The notes: a model not told the origin generated them from the sequence alone. Counted from the first letter of the stretch, positions 27,192 to 37,206 are shown. The stretch is DNA of 64,000 bases from a virus (IMGVR_UViG_3300044852_000063:1-64000), one strand, 5' to 3'. A program made the numbers and translations.

Positions 27192-28252
27192 GCACACGTC
27201 ACTTTGACCTTCCCCTGGCCCGTGACTACGTGCGGCATTGGGGACTCACCGAAGCCATCCGTGAAATCGTGCAGAACGCTATCGACAGCGACTCGCCGTT
27301 CGAGTACGCCTTCATGGGTGACTGCCTGAGCATCACCAGCCGCTACACCACGCTGGACGCCAAGACCCTGATCCTCGGCTCGACCTCCAAGGCCGACGAC
27401 AAGGACAAGATCGGCAGCTTCGGCGAAGGCTACAAGCTGGCCTTGTTGGTGCTGCTGCGCCTGGGCTACAACGTGCAGGTGCTCAACGGCGACAAACTGT
27501 GGACCCCGTCGTTCGTGCACAGCGAGCTGTACGACAGCGAGATCCTGCGCATCACCGAAACCCCGGTAGGTGGCAACCAGGGCCTGAGCTTTCTGGTTCA
27601 AGGCATTGGCAACGAAGACGCCAACCGTATCCGCAACACCTGCCTGTTCATGCAACCGCCGATGACCGATGTCATTGGCACCAAGTACGGGCACATCCTG
27701 CCGTCTCGACCCGGTTTCCTGTACGTCGGCGGGCTGATGGTCACCACCACCGACCTGGACTACGGCTACGACATCCTGCCCCAGCACATCAAGCTGGAAC
27801 GCGACCGTCAAACCGTGGCCGACTGGGACCTGATGTGGCTGATCAAGAACATGTGGCTGGACACTCAGCGCTGGGCTGACGTCGCCGACCTGATGGAACG
27901 CCAGGTCCCGGACGTGAAGTCCATTCAGTACGACTGCCCGGAGATTCTCAAGGAAGTCTGCTACCGCAAGTTCAAGGAGGCCAACCCCGGCGCCATTGCC
28001 GTCGGCAGCCAGAAAGAGCTGGAAGCGGTGGTCGCCAAAGGCATGGTCAAGACCGTGATCATCGGCGGCAGTTACCACGCCGCGGTCACCAGCTACCAAG
28101 GCCACCGCGACACCTACACCCGACACATGAAGGTGCAGACACCGGCGGAGATCCTCGCCGAGTGGCTGGAGAAAAACCAACGGGAGATGCGTTTACCCAT
28201 TCGCATCGCCTTCAAACAGCTGCTGGCGCTCGCCAGCAAGTGGAAAGCCTAA
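27188..28252 (+). CDS. GHKL (Hsp90/MutL-like) ATPase domain protein
   Basis: AIREIVQNAID (N-box), LILGSTSK, IGSFGEGYK (G-box). Confidence 0.8.
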   Translation: MSTRHFDLPLARDYVRHWGLTEAIREIVQNAIDSDSPFEYAFMGDCLSITSRYTTLDAKTLILGSTSKADDKDKIGSFGEGYKLALLVLLRLGYNVQVLNGDKLWTPSFVHSELYDSEILRITETPVGGNQGLSFLVQGIGNEDANRIRNTCLFMQPPMTDVIGTKYGHILPSRPGFLYVGGLMVTTTDLDYGYDILPQHIKLERDRQTVADWDLMWLIKNMWLDTQRWADVADLMERQVPDVKSIQYDCPEILKEVCYRKFKEANPGAIAVGSQKELEAVVAKGMVKTVIIGGSYHAAVTSYQGHRDTYTRHMKVQTPAEILAEWLEKNQREMRLPIRIAFKQLLALASKWKA

Positions 28253-28267
28253 ACCAGGAGAACTGAC

Positions 28268-28564
28268 ATGGGCGGATGCACTTTCTGTATCTCAGCACAA
28301 GGCGGGTCGGCCAAAGAAGCCTTCAGTATTGCTGTGGAACAAGCCAATGACGAACACGGCCGTGGTGGTTACACCGGCACTATCGCGGAGAAGAACGAGT
28401 TCGTGATGATCCCCGTGCCGGCCGACCGCACCGGTGACGTGTGGGGGTATGCCCAGGAACTGATCGACGAAGGTGACCCACGCATCGACGACAAGTGGGG
28501 TCCAGCCGGTTGTATCGATCAAGGCCAGGGCAACTTTGTCTTCTTCGGCTGGGCCAGTTCGTGA
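28268..28564 (+). CDS. conserved phage hypothetical protein
   Basis: AGGAG RBS; GYTGTIAEK, DKWGPAGCI, FFGWASS. Confidence 0.8.
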   Translation: MGGCTFCISAQGGSAKEAFSIAVEQANDEHGRGGYTGTIAEKNEFVMIPVPADRTGDVWGYAQELIDEGDPRIDDKWGPAGCIDQGQGNFVFFGWASS

Positions 28565-28782
28565 GCTGCGCCCGCATCGAGCACGGCTACATCTGCAACA
28601 TGGGCCGAAGCTACCGTCTGCCTCTGGCGGACGGGACGCGGGTGTACATGGAGTGGCACAACTACTTGGGGCCGATCTTCTTTAAAGACCGGGACCAGAA
28701 TCGGGAAATCACAGAGTGGTTCGACAACGAGCTGATCTGCGATGCCCTCGACTGGTTCATTGAACGAGGACGCAAAGCATGA
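28561..28782 (+). CDS. hypothetical protein
   Basis: GTGA-coupled start; MEWHNYLGP. Confidence 0.6.
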   Translation: MSCARIEHGYICNMGRSYRLPLADGTRVYMEWHNYLGPIFFKDRDQNREITEWFDNELICDALDWFIERGRKA

Positions 28783-28988
28783 CACGCAAAGCTAATTCCA
28801 ACCCGTCGGGTGGTGGGCCAAAGGTGTACCTGGTCGAAGACCAGCACAACAGCCCCGGCAAGATCTACGCGGTGTTTTCCAGCGAGACCGATGCCGAGAA
28901 CTTCGCCTCGTTCTTCAAAGGGGAAGCCGGTGTGATCGAACGCACCCTGTTCTTTGGACAGCCGCCCCACATAGGGTACTGCGAGTAA
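28779..28988 (+). CDS. hypothetical protein
   Basis: GAGGA RBS. Confidence 0.65.
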   Translation: MTRKANSNPSGGGPKVYLVEDQHNSPGKIYAVFSSETDAENFASFFKGEAGVIERTLFFGQPPHIGYCE

Positions 28989-28991
28989 ACC

Positions 28992-29582
28992 ATGAAAAAA
29001 GCTGATACCAAGATCCTGATCCCGGAGATCCCTGGCGAGTGGACCCAACGCAGTCGCAGTGGGCACCGCAACACCTGGAATTGCAAGGAACATCACCGCT
29101 TCCATCGCACTACGACCGACCTGCCTGAAGTGGTGCTGCTGCCACCGGAAAATGGGCTGTATGCCGAACGGATCGACGGCGCCTGGTACTGGGTATCCGG
29201 CTGCGCCAAGTGCACCGGCAGCGGTGAGCACTACAGCTACGTCGTCTGCGACAAGCACAACATCTGTGAAGGTTGCGGGGCACCACGGCATACCCTGACC
29301 GAAACCCCATGGGGCACTCGGACCGGCTTCATCTGCAAACCCTGTGGGGATGCCCGGGACAAGGTGCTCCGTGATGAAGCTTTGGCCAAGGCGGAAGCCA
29401 CAGGCCATTCCGAAGACGATTGCCAGTACACCGACGACATCCTGTGTCCCTACTGTGCCAGCAAACAAAGCACCGATGATCGTCACGAGAGTGCCAAGGG
29501 CCTCGAGTGCGATACCTGCCAAGGCGTCTTTGATCTCGAAGTCGAATACACCCCGAGCTACACCACCACCAAAACGGAGTAA
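28992..29582 (+). CDS. multi-zinc-finger hypothetical protein
   Basis: CAKC, CDKH, CEGC, CKPC, CPYC, CDTC. Confidence 0.75.
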   Translation: MKKADTKILIPEIPGEWTQRSRSGHRNTWNCKEHHRFHRTTTDLPEVVLLPPENGLYAERIDGAWYWVSGCAKCTGSGEHYSYVVCDKHNICEGCGAPRHTLTETPWGTRTGFICKPCGDARDKVLRDEALAKAEATGHSEDDCQYTDDILCPYCASKQSTDDRHESAKGLECDTCQGVFDLEVEYTPSYTTTKTE

Positions 29583-29586
29583 ACCA

Positions 29587-30081
29587 ATGAAACTGGATCA
29601 AGCCGTGGGCATTCTGACCCGACCGGAGCTGGTGATGCAGCATGCCCGCCTACCACACAAACTGGCAGTGCAGATCTTTGAACCCGGCCGCATCGGCGGT
29701 ACGCCATGCAGTTCGGTCACCGGTATTCATGTCGGCTTCGACTGGAACGCTGGCACCATCCTGATCACCTGTGCCGAACAACTGACCCGCCTGTCCCCGG
29801 AAGACGTCGAGGCCATTCGCACCAGCGTCAAGATGGGCCAGAGCTGGCATGCCTACCAGGGCTACAAAGAGCAGCAGGCCAAAATCAAACTGGCTGAAGA
29901 GCGTCTAAGCTGGTTGGCCAACGAGGAAGCCATGGTCAAACATCTGCTGACACAGGACGGTGTGCGTTACACCATCCGCTGGCCGAACGCCGAAGAAGAG
30001 ATGGCCAACTACTTCCTCACGCCTGAAGAGGCCATTGACGCTGCCAGAAGCCTGGAAGCCATGGAGGTTAAATCAACATGA
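29587..30081 (+). CDS. hypothetical protein
   Basis: GGAG RBS; GGTPCSSV...GFDWNAG. Confidence 0.7.
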   Translation: MKLDQAVGILTRPELVMQHARLPHKLAVQIFEPGRIGGTPCSSVTGIHVGFDWNAGTILITCAEQLTRLSPEDVEAIRTSVKMGQSWHAYQGYKEQQAKIKLAEERLSWLANEEAMVKHLLTQDGVRYTIRWPNAEEEMANYFLTPEEAIDAARSLEAMEVKST

Positions 30082-30287
30082 CTGTCTATACCGCGTTCTG
30101 TCAGGAAGTCACCGGCAAAGGCACCATCTGGATCAATCCAGTGGAGGCTGACACCCAAGACGAGGCCATTAACAAGGCCCGAGCCGAGTGTGCAGTCGAT
30201 TGGACCTGCCATGAAGAGGACATTCATGTCCTTGGCTTGGCTGAAGGCGACGTCAACATCCTCGTATGGGAAGACATCGATGAGTGA
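30078..30287 (+). CDS. small acidic hypothetical protein
   Basis: GGAGG RBS. Confidence 0.65.
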   Translation: MTVYTAFCQEVTGKGTIWINPVEADTQDEAINKARAECAVDWTCHEEDIHVLGLAEGDVNILVWEDIDE

Positions 30288-30498
30288 AGCCCGGTGCATC
30301 CGCATTAACAGCTGCCAGAGTTGTCCTCACAAGGACCACAAAGGCGGCTTCGGCAGTCCGGCCTATGTTCCAACCTGCCGCAAGGCAGGTATGGACCTGC
30401 CGTACACCCTTCAACCCAACTCCAGAGGCACTGGCTGCTTGGCCAATGCCACTCATGTGATTCCAGAGTGGTGTCCACTGGAGAAAGCCCCCGCTTGA
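30280..30498 (+). CDS. small Cys-rich hypothetical protein
   Basis: SCQSCP...IPEWCPL. Confidence 0.7.
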   Translation: MSEARCIRINSCQSCPHKDHKGGFGSPAYVPTCRKAGMDLPYTLQPNSRGTGCLANATHVIPEWCPLEKAPA

Positions 30499-30551
30499 CC
30501 CTGTTGATCAACTATTATATGGGCTCCACCCATTGAGCAAGGCAGTTACCC

Positions 30552-30767
30552 ATGGATTTAGCCCAACAAGAGCTGTATGAGACTGACAATATCATCGTTG
30601 GAAACGGTGAAGTGCCAGGTGTGAGGACTGAAAGTGGCGTTGTCTGGGTTCTCCCAGGTGGTCAACGCACCTCCAGTCGTCTTGAGGCCATCTGTGTGGC
30701 CGATCAACTCAATCATTTGATTGGTGAAAACTACAGGAAGAAGACGAAGCGTCACTTCCGCCGGTAA
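30552..30767 (+). CDS. hypothetical protein
   Basis: 71 aa; WVLPGG motif. Confidence 0.65.
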   Translation: MDLAQQELYETDNIIVGNGEVPGVRTESGVVWVLPGGQRTSSRLEAICVADQLNHLIGENYRKKTKRHFRR

Positions 30768-30891
30768 CAAAAACGAGCAAAGTGCCATCCCCTTCTTTAA
30801 ACTCGGCTGAGTTCCACTCACCAACCCGTTTAGAAGGACAAACCCACCATGAAGTTCCCAGTACACCGTGTTAGTTCTGTGGAGGTGCTTT

Positions 30892-31227
30892 ATGCCATGG
30901 CGTAACAACCCAGACTTGTGGGGTTTGCTCGGTGCACTGCTGATCAGTACCATCTCTGGCTTTATCTCCATCGCTCAACGGGTGGTGAGAGGACATAAAG
31001 TCTCAGTGTTGTGGGTCATCAGTGAATTTCTCGCCGCTATTCTCGCCGGCTACATCATGTTCGACACCTATCCGATCCTTGAGCCCCAATTACCTGCCTG
31101 GGCCACACTGCCCATGCTGGTAGCACTGGCGGCACACATCGGTGGGCGATCGTTCCAGGGCCTCGAGAAGATCATGCAAAAACGTCTGTCCGGCATCCTG
31201 CCACCAGAAGACAACCCCAGCACCTGA
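30892..31227 (+). CDS. putative holin (three TM segments)
   Basis: GGAGG RBS; three hydrophobic helices, GG motif, charged C-terminus; converges on the endolysin gene. Confidence 0.7.
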   Translation: MPWRNNPDLWGLLGALLISTISGFISIAQRVVRGHKVSVLWVISEFLAAILAGYIMFDTYPILEPQLPAWATLPMLVALAAHIGGRSFQGLEKIMQKRLSGILPPEDNPST

Positions 31228-31249
31228 TACACTTTTTTCGTTGTTCCCC

Positions 31250-31274
31250 AGCCCGGTTGATTCCGGGCTTTTTT
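31250..31274 (+). terminator. intrinsic terminator
   Basis: AGCCCGG-TTGATT-CCGGGCT followed by a T run. Confidence 0.8.
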
Positions 31275-31291
31275 ATTGCTCGAGGTTCACT

Positions 31292-31543
31292 ATGGAATTC
31301 ACGTCTGACCTGGCTCAAGTGTGGATCAAGTACTGCCTGCTGATGATCACCGGGGCTAAGGCCCAGTCTGATTTAAACCAGCTGGCTGAGATCATCAACG
31401 GCGACATCACCATGTTGTTCGAGACTGAACAGATTGATGAAGACGAACGAGCGTGGGCCGTGAAAGCGGTCAACGATGCCCTGTATGAACGCGCTGAAGA
31501 CCTGCGCAATGCCCTCAAGGAACCGCCCAAGCATGAACATTGA
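31292..31543 (+). CDS. hypothetical protein
   Basis: GAGG RBS; ATG 31292. Confidence 0.65.
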   Translation: MEFTSDLAQVWIKYCLLMITGAKAQSDLNQLAEIINGDITMLFETEQIDEDERAWAVKAVNDALYERAEDLRNALKEPPKHEH

Positions 31544-31724
31544 ACTAAGCCAGATTGTCCTCAGCATCGACGGTAAGCTGAATCTGGTACGTGTCCCGAA
31601 AGACCGTGAACACCTCGCCCTCGCCCTCTTGCAGTCCATCTTTGATGATGGCCGCATCCTCGTCACACCCCTCCCCCCAGAATTCCAGCTGATCCCCTTG
31701 GCTGACGTGAAAACCCCCGCATAA
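31533..31724 (+). CDS. hypothetical protein
   Basis: ATG 31533 overlapping the upstream stop region. Confidence 0.6.
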   Translation: MNIELSQIVLSIDGKLNLVRVPKDREHLALALLQSIFDDGRILVTPLPPEFQLIPLADVKTPA

Positions 31725-31759
31725 AAAAAGGGGCCTGTCTCCCGACAGTCCCCCTTCTT
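31723..31759. terminator. terminator between convergent units
   Basis: A7-GGGG-CCTGTC-TCCC-GACAG-TCCCCC-TTCTT; the T-run is strongest on the minus strand. Confidence 0.75.
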
Positions 31760-31778
31760 GTAGCTGGATCACCCCCTG

Positions 31779-32207
31779 TTATGGCACATCTGTGTAGAAC
31801 TTATGATGGCCCATGGCCAAAGTCAACTTGGCCCCTTTGACCCAGGCCGGTGGCTTGGGCATGGACGTGGCGTAGTAGTGCGTCGCCCCACCGGTCATGT
31901 CATCCACCGTTCCATCGATCACGGCATTCGCCGCTTCCATGGCCTGCTTGAACTGGCCCGCCGGAATCGGCTTGGCGCCACTCAGGTAGGCATAGTTCGG
32001 GTCGTTCTGGTTCCAGCAGCTGAACTGCCATTTGGCCAGGCAGACGCCGGCGTAACCCTCACCCCACCAGGACTTCTGTTTGCCGTCGAACACCCGGTTG
32101 CGGATGGTCCAGGCCACGGCCAACTGGCCCGCCAGACCCTCACCCCGGGCTTCCCCCCACAACGTGCGCGCCAGGATCTCCCGATCGCGTGCTGATACTG
32201 CCGTCAT
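31779..32207 (-). CDS. SleB-like cell wall hydrolase (Hydrolase_2), probable endolysin
   Basis: LARTLWGEARGEG, AVAWTIRNR, QFSCWN, GGATHYY, HKFY. Confidence 0.92.
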   Translation of the reverse strand: MTAVSARDREILARTLWGEARGEGLAGQLAVAWTIRNRVFDGKQKSWWGEGYAGVCLAKWQFSCWNQNDPNYAYLSGAKPIPAGQFKQAMEAANAVIDGTVDDMTGGATHYYATSMPKPPAWVKGAKLTLAMGHHKFYTDVP

Positions 32208-32446
32208 ACCTTGTCCTTACTGGCTTGTTTGTAATACTTGCGCCCGAACAGGCGCACCCCCAACCACATCGCCCCGCCGATGGCCACCGACACCGCCGCC
32301 GTGGCGGGGCCACTGCCTGAATTGGCAACACAGGCCAATAGCGCCTGATCCGCTGCGGCCTTGCCAATCTGTGCGCTGTACGCCAGGTCATGCGCCGCAC
32401 AGCACGCTGCCCACCACCCCTCCGGAAACCAAGTGCAATAGTCCAT
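32204..32446 (-). CDS. small phospholipase A2-like / DUF1353-like protein
   Basis: DYCT...CCAAHDLAY...AAD...C...MWLGVRLFG. Confidence 0.65.
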   Translation of the reverse strand: MDYCTWFPEGWWAACCAAHDLAYSAQIGKAAADQALLACVANSGSGPATAAVSVAIGGAMWLGVRLFGRKYYKQASKDKV

Positions 32447-32449
32447 GTG

Positions 32450-33055
32450 TTACTCCCCTGTTGGCCAACCCAAGTGCAGCATCGATTCGTTGTAGGTCCC
32501 GGCATCCACCGCGGCGACCAGCTCACCTTCCCGGTTAAAACAAGCCTGCACATGTGCCCGGATGGCCTTGGCCACTGCCAGGATCACCGGTGAGGTCAAT
32601 GCCACAAACCCGGTTGGTGTTTTCCAGTTGAGCTGGTAATCCGGGTCCATGAAGGCTTCCAGTGCCGCACCGAGGATCAGTCCCTGGCTGGCGCGCTCGG
32701 TGTTGATGTCCAAACCATTGAACACGATGCCGCTGACTTCATGGTTGTAACGCTCGGCAGCAATAGCCGCTTTGATTTCAGCGACGGTTTTAACCCGGCA
32801 ATCAGCAATGGTGCCGTACTCACCGTGCATCAAGGCGGCAAACAACTCGCGGCCATGGGCCTCGGAGTCAGTGGCTGTAGCGTGAAACGGAATCCAGCCA
32901 TACACCGAGTGCTGCACTTCACAGTCGACCGAACCAGATGGGGTGTAGCGCGCATTGCGTACCGCCAAAAAGATCGGTGCTTGTTGAGGCAACACATCAG
33001 AAGGGGCCGTTGGCGTTTCTTCGTGCACCGGCGTGTCGTATAAAACTTCAGTCAT
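32450..33055 (-). CDS. tail fibre assembly protein (DUF4376-like)
   Basis: IAAERYNHEVSGI, WKTPTGFVAL, HVQACFNRE; directly after the fibre gene. Confidence 0.85.
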   Translation of the reverse strand: MTEVLYDTPVHEETPTAPSDVLPQQAPIFLAVRNARYTPSGSVDCEVQHSVYGWIPFHATATDSEAHGRELFAALMHGEYGTIADCRVKTVAEIKAAIAAERYNHEVSGIVFNGLDINTERASQGLILGAALEAFMDPDYQLNWKTPTGFVALTSPVILAVAKAIRAHVQACFNREGELVAAVDAGTYNESMLHLGWPTGE

Positions 33056-35472
33056 CAGGAAACCCTCATAAAAATGCCTGTGGCGCCGTTGGCCACGTAC
33101 CCCATGCTTTTCCAGGTGCCTGCGGGTTGCCCGTAGTTCGCCATGGTGGTGTCAGACCAGGCAATCGAGTAGTACGCCGCCAGCACGTTCAAACCAATGG
33201 CCCCACCCGACACGTTCTTCATCAAGGCAATACCACCCACCGCGGTGCAGTCGCTCAATTGAGCCATTTGCAGCATGGTGTTGCCTTTCTGGAGGTAGTA
33301 AGTCGACAGCCAGGTAGTCAACCAACCGCCAAAAGCATTGCCAAAGATGTTGCCGTCGGTGCTGTGCTGGAAATACTCGGCGTTCGGGTTGCCCCAGCAC
33401 AAGCTACCAGACGTGTTCATCATGATCTTGTTGGCAACGTAACCGTTCCACAGGAACGTGATGCCTGGAGCGTTGAAGATATGACCAGGCGCCGGCCCAC
33501 CGGTAGCGACCAAGTTGGCTTCGCCAATCATAATTGGCGAGTTATAGGCTTGGTTTGAGGCTGACAAGTTTTGGTAGTTCGGCGCGTAGATGTAGCCGTA
33601 TTGGTTGGTGATGCCGTTCTTCATCACCGTCATTTTAAGCGTTGGATCGAAGGTAGCTGCCGACCACACACGGCTGCCGACGTCATACAAACCCCCGACG
33701 GCATTGATGGTTTGCGTGGCGTAGATGGTTTTGTCGGTGGAGATGCTGCCGGTGAACGCATGCCCACCGTTGGCGATGTATCTAAGAATGCCTCCACCGG
33801 CTACACCGGTCGGTGTGTCACTCAAAATTCGAGTGTCGTAGTCGGTCAGCGTAGCGCCACTGTGGAAGTCAATCGCTGGGGTACTGGCCGAACCCGCCAT
33901 GTTGCCCAGTTCGATCTGCACCGAGATGTTGGCATACGAGCCATACATGGTGGCGGCGTAAGTGTTGCCGCTGCTGTCCCGTTCAACCAAGGTACTGGCC
34001 GTCGCTGCCTGCGACTTGGCCACCCCCAAGTTGGTCCGGGCCGTGGCCGCATCGGTAGCCCCTGTACCCCCATGGTTGACCGCCACAGTCCGCAGCGGTT
34101 GCCCATCGGCGCACATGTACCACAGGCAATCCCAGTTCCCCGATCCCAACGACACAAACTCGGCCGTGTCACCGGCAGCCGTGGTGATGTTGGCATTGCC
34201 CGGCAACTGCAAGGTCGTGGCGTTATGCGTCAGGGTCAAAGCCCCAGCAAAGGTCACCTTGCAGGTTGCACCAGCGGCAATCGAATCGAAGGCCGTGATG
34301 GTGGTGGTGCCGGTGATGGTCACCGAGTTGGCTGCCGCCGCACCAATGTTGACCGTGGCCGCCGAAGCCAAGGACACCGGTGTGGCTTCGTTGATCGAGC
34401 CGGTCATCTTGCCGCCAGACAACAACAGGCGATCAGTGCACTGTTTCTGCAACTTGCCCAAGGCCACCAGCAGGGTGTCCCCGGCCACCACGGCCGTCCC
34501 GGTCGCTACGCTCAAACCAGTGAGCACCACGGCACGTACGTCCGTTGGCAGGTCACGCCAGGTCTTGGTGCCGCTGTAGAACTTGCTCACCAGATCCGCA
34601 GTAATGGTCGGCTCTTTGCCGGCCAATGCGTTGGTCATGGTGGTGGCGAAGTTCGGGTCATTGCCCAAAGCGGTGGCCAGCTCATTGAGCGTGTCCAGTG
34701 CGCCGGGTGCCGAGTTGATCAGGTTGGCAATCGCCGCCTGCAAGGCTGCCATGTTGGCGATCTGCGTGGTGTTGGTGCCGAGCGCTGCCGTAGGTGCCGT
34801 TGGTACACCGGTCAAATCCGGCGAAGCCAAGTTGGCCTTGGCATTCAGCTGGCCTTGGACCTTGCCAAACGCCGTCAGCACGGTATCCGTGGCCGCCAAA
34901 GCTACGTTGGAACCGCTGACATAACCGGTGAGCGCTACCGCCCGGACGTTGGCTGCCAGGTTGGTCGCTGCATCACTGATCTGCTTCTGGAGCTTGCCCA
35001 AACCACTGAGCACGGTGTCCGCCGCCGTGATCACCGCGTTGGTCGACGTAGACAGTCCGGTCAATGTTGCTGCACGCACCGTGGTCATAAAGTCGACCCA
35101 GGTCTTGTCACCGCGCCAGAACTGGCTGGTGGTGCCAGCGGCGATCTGATCCTGTTTACCGGCCAGGACCGACTGGATCGTGTTGGCTTCGCCGGCCATC
35201 AGCGCCTGGAAGGCATAGACGTTGCCAGTCCAGGCCACCGCTGTGGTGCCTTCGACACCTCGAGTGACTCCGGAAATACCCAGACCGGAACGGCTGGTGT
35301 ACTGGATCACTTCGATCCAGGACGGGTTGCCAGGACTGTCACACAGCACCAGATAACCACCGTCAGCAGGCGGCAGTTTCTGCGGCGCAACAGCGTCGAG
35401 AATGGCAAAGCTGGTGGCCACGTTGGTCACCGGCGTTACCACCTTCACGCGGACAAAGTTTTCATAGCTCAT
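33055..35472 (-). CDS. tail fibre protein
   Basis: SPDLTGVPTAPTA, APGALDTLNELATALGNDPNFATT, GGTGATDAATARTNLG, IDFH...DYDTRI, GTWKSMG. Confidence 0.92.
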   Translation of the reverse strand: MSYENFVRVKVVTPVTNVATSFAILDAVAPQKLPPADGGYLVLCDSPGNPSWIEVIQYTSRSGLGISGVTRGVEGTTAVAWTGNVYAFQALMAGEANTIQSVLAGKQDQIAAGTTSQFWRGDKTWVDFMTTVRAATLTGLSTSTNAVITAADTVLSGLGKLQKQISDAATNLAANVRAVALTGYVSGSNVALAATDTVLTAFGKVQGQLNAKANLASPDLTGVPTAPTAALGTNTTQIANMAALQAAIANLINSAPGALDTLNELATALGNDPNFATTMTNALAGKEPTITADLVSKFYSGTKTWRDLPTDVRAVVLTGLSVATGTAVVAGDTLLVALGKLQKQCTDRLLLSGGKMTGSINEATPVSLASAATVNIGAAAANSVTITGTTTITAFDSIAAGATCKVTFAGALTLTHNATTLQLPGNANITTAAGDTAEFVSLGSGNWDCLWYMCADGQPLRTVAVNHGGTGATDAATARTNLGVAKSQAATASTLVERDSSGNTYAATMYGSYANISVQIELGNMAGSASTPAIDFHSGATLTDYDTRILSDTPTGVAGGGILRYIANGGHAFTGSISTDKTIYATQTINAVGGLYDVGSRVWSAATFDPTLKMTVMKNGITNQYGYIYAPNYQNLSASNQAYNSPIMIGEANLVATGGPAPGHIFNAPGITFLWNGYVANKIMMNTSGSLCWGNPNAEYFQHSTDGNIFGNAFGGWLTTWLSTYYLQKGNTMLQMAQLSDCTAVGGIALMKNVSGGAIGLNVLAAYYSIAWSDTTMANYGQPAGTWKSMGYVANGATGIFMRVS

Positions 35473-35786
35473 TTATTGCGCACCTTCACTTTGAATTCGA
35501 CTTCCTTGGTACGGTCCTGCTCGGTGGTGACCACGCAGGTAACGATGTAATCCTCGTAATCCGTGCCGCCGCTGAGCCACAGCTTGAAACGCACCGGAGT
35601 GACCCCGATCAGGGTGTAGGCCGGATGAGGTGCTTGGCCGAACTCCAGGGTCGGCACCGGTTCACTGACCCCGGTGATGGTGATCGCCACGCTCTGGATG
35701 TCGTCGCCGGGACTGCCAGCAAACCAGCTGGCCATGTCCACGTCGTAGTCCAGGACGTCACGCGGTTGCTTTACAAATACGTCCAC
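35469..35786 (-). CDS. fibre-tail adaptor-like protein
   Basis: KQPRDVLDYDVD...LWLSGG...TTEQDRTKE. Confidence 0.7.
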   Translation of the reverse strand: MDVFVKQPRDVLDYDVDMASWFAGSPGDDIQSVAITITGVSEPVPTLEFGQAPHPAYTLIGVTPVRFKLWLSGGTDYEDYIVTCVVTTEQDRTKEVEFKVKVRNK

Positions 35787-35796
35787 AGGGTCACCC

Positions 35797-37191
35797 TCAC
35801 ACCAGGATTAAACGGGGTTCGTCCGGCACCACGACCAGGCGCTCAAAGGCCTCGACGGTGACAGTACGCTCGACCGGTGCAGGCACCAGGTCATTGATTT
35901 GGTTGAAACCGCTGGCTTCCGCGGTGGCGATGGCGACACCACTGGCCGACAGGAACTTGCGCACTTCACCGCTGACGTTGGCGAAAGCCTCGGCCGCCAG
36001 TGGGTACAGTTGCAGGTTGATCACCGGGGCCGACAGCAGCGCTGTGCATTCACCCGGGTTGAGCTGCACACCCCGTTGGACAAACAAGGTCTGCACCGTG
36101 GCTTGGCCCAAGGCGAAACCAGACACCAGACTGATGATGTTGCCTGGTGGTGTAGACAAAGTAGCGGTGCACTCGGTCGGGCTGGATTCGACGCGGGTTT
36201 GTTTCTTCTGCCCATCGCCATAGCCGGTCGCAGAACAATCAGCACTGCCTTGGCCTTTACGATTGCTCTGTGCCTTGCCGTAACCGATGGCGTAGGAATC
36301 ACCGCCAACGGCCGTGGCACCGGTGCCGTGGATCTCGGGGTCGGCAAAACCAATGGCGGTGCAGATGGCTTGACCATGGCCGCCGAAGTTGTAGCGCACC
36401 GAGCCCTCGGCAAAGGCATAAGCGCGACCGGTCTGGCTCTGGGTTACGCCCACATGGGTCGACAGGGCCGTGGCAAATGCCAGGGCATCGCCGTTCACCT
36501 CGAAGTAGCGAATACCCAGGCGATTGACCGCCGGATCACCTTGAACCGTGCAGATCCCCTCGCCCAGGCCGGCTGCGCCTTTCTGATGCAGTGGTACAGC
36601 ATCATTCAGTGTGCACGTAGCAACCGCCGTGCCCTTGCCTCCAATGGTCAGCTTGGGACCGTCTTGAATAGTCGCGGTGCACACTGCCTGGCCGTAGACC
36701 AGGTGGTAAGTGGTGCCAAAACCTTCAGCGGTGGCCACGGCCGGGTTGGCGTAGGCCATCTGCCAGGTCTGGGGATCACCACTGCCTTCGGCGACCGCGT
36801 CAGCCCGCAGCGGATAGATCTTGGTCAGGCGCCGGGAATCCCCGTAGCCCGTGGCCATGGCCACCGAACCGAAACCATACGTACTGAAGTAGGCCTTGGC
36901 CTGGGCGATATTGGCCACCGCCGTACACAACGCGGTGCTCGGCAGTGGATTAAACGTAACCTTGGCCCGTGCCGTGTTGGCCGTGGCCGTCGCCGTACCG
37001 GTCACCGGATACTGGTTGGCTGCACGGCGCCCATAACCGGAAACCGTGGCGTAAGCAGAACCCTGTCCGGCAAATAAGCGGGTGACTTCGTTTTCCCCAG
37101 CAAGGTCGGCCGTCGCCAGCGCGGAAGCGGACACGAGGGTGATGGCCCCAATCGTGGTCATGCCGAACTGGGTCAGGCCGAATTGCATCAT
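35797..37191 (-). CDS. Ala/Gly/Thr-rich putative tail protein
   Basis: Repetitive GxAxAxA beta-rich composition within the tail operon. Confidence 0.7.
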   Translation of the reverse strand: MMQFGLTQFGMTTIGAITLVSASALATADLAGENEVTRLFAGQGSAYATVSGYGRRAANQYPVTGTATATANTARAKVTFNPLPSTALCTAVANIAQAKAYFSTYGFGSVAMATGYGDSRRLTKIYPLRADAVAEGSGDPQTWQMAYANPAVATAEGFGTTYHLVYGQAVCTATIQDGPKLTIGGKGTAVATCTLNDAVPLHQKGAAGLGEGICTVQGDPAVNRLGIRYFEVNGDALAFATALSTHVGVTQSQTGRAYAFAEGSVRYNFGGHGQAICTAIGFADPEIHGTGATAVGGDSYAIGYGKAQSNRKGQGSADCSATGYGDGQKKQTRVESSPTECTATLSTPPGNIISLVSGFALGQATVQTLFVQRGVQLNPGECTALLSAPVINLQLYPLAAEAFANVSGEVRKFLSASGVAIATAEASGFNQINDLVPAPVERTVTVEAFERLVVVPDEPRLILV

Positions 37192-37206
37192 GGCGAAGCC
37201 CCTTTA

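Noticed and set aside
30495-30525. Sigma70 promoter (TTGACC...TATTAT)
   Set aside because: The spacing between the hexamers does not fit 16-18 nt for a good -10 box.
33055-33500. Diversity-generating retroelement acting on the fibre tip
   Set aside because: No reverse transcriptase and no template-repeat copy seen in the window.
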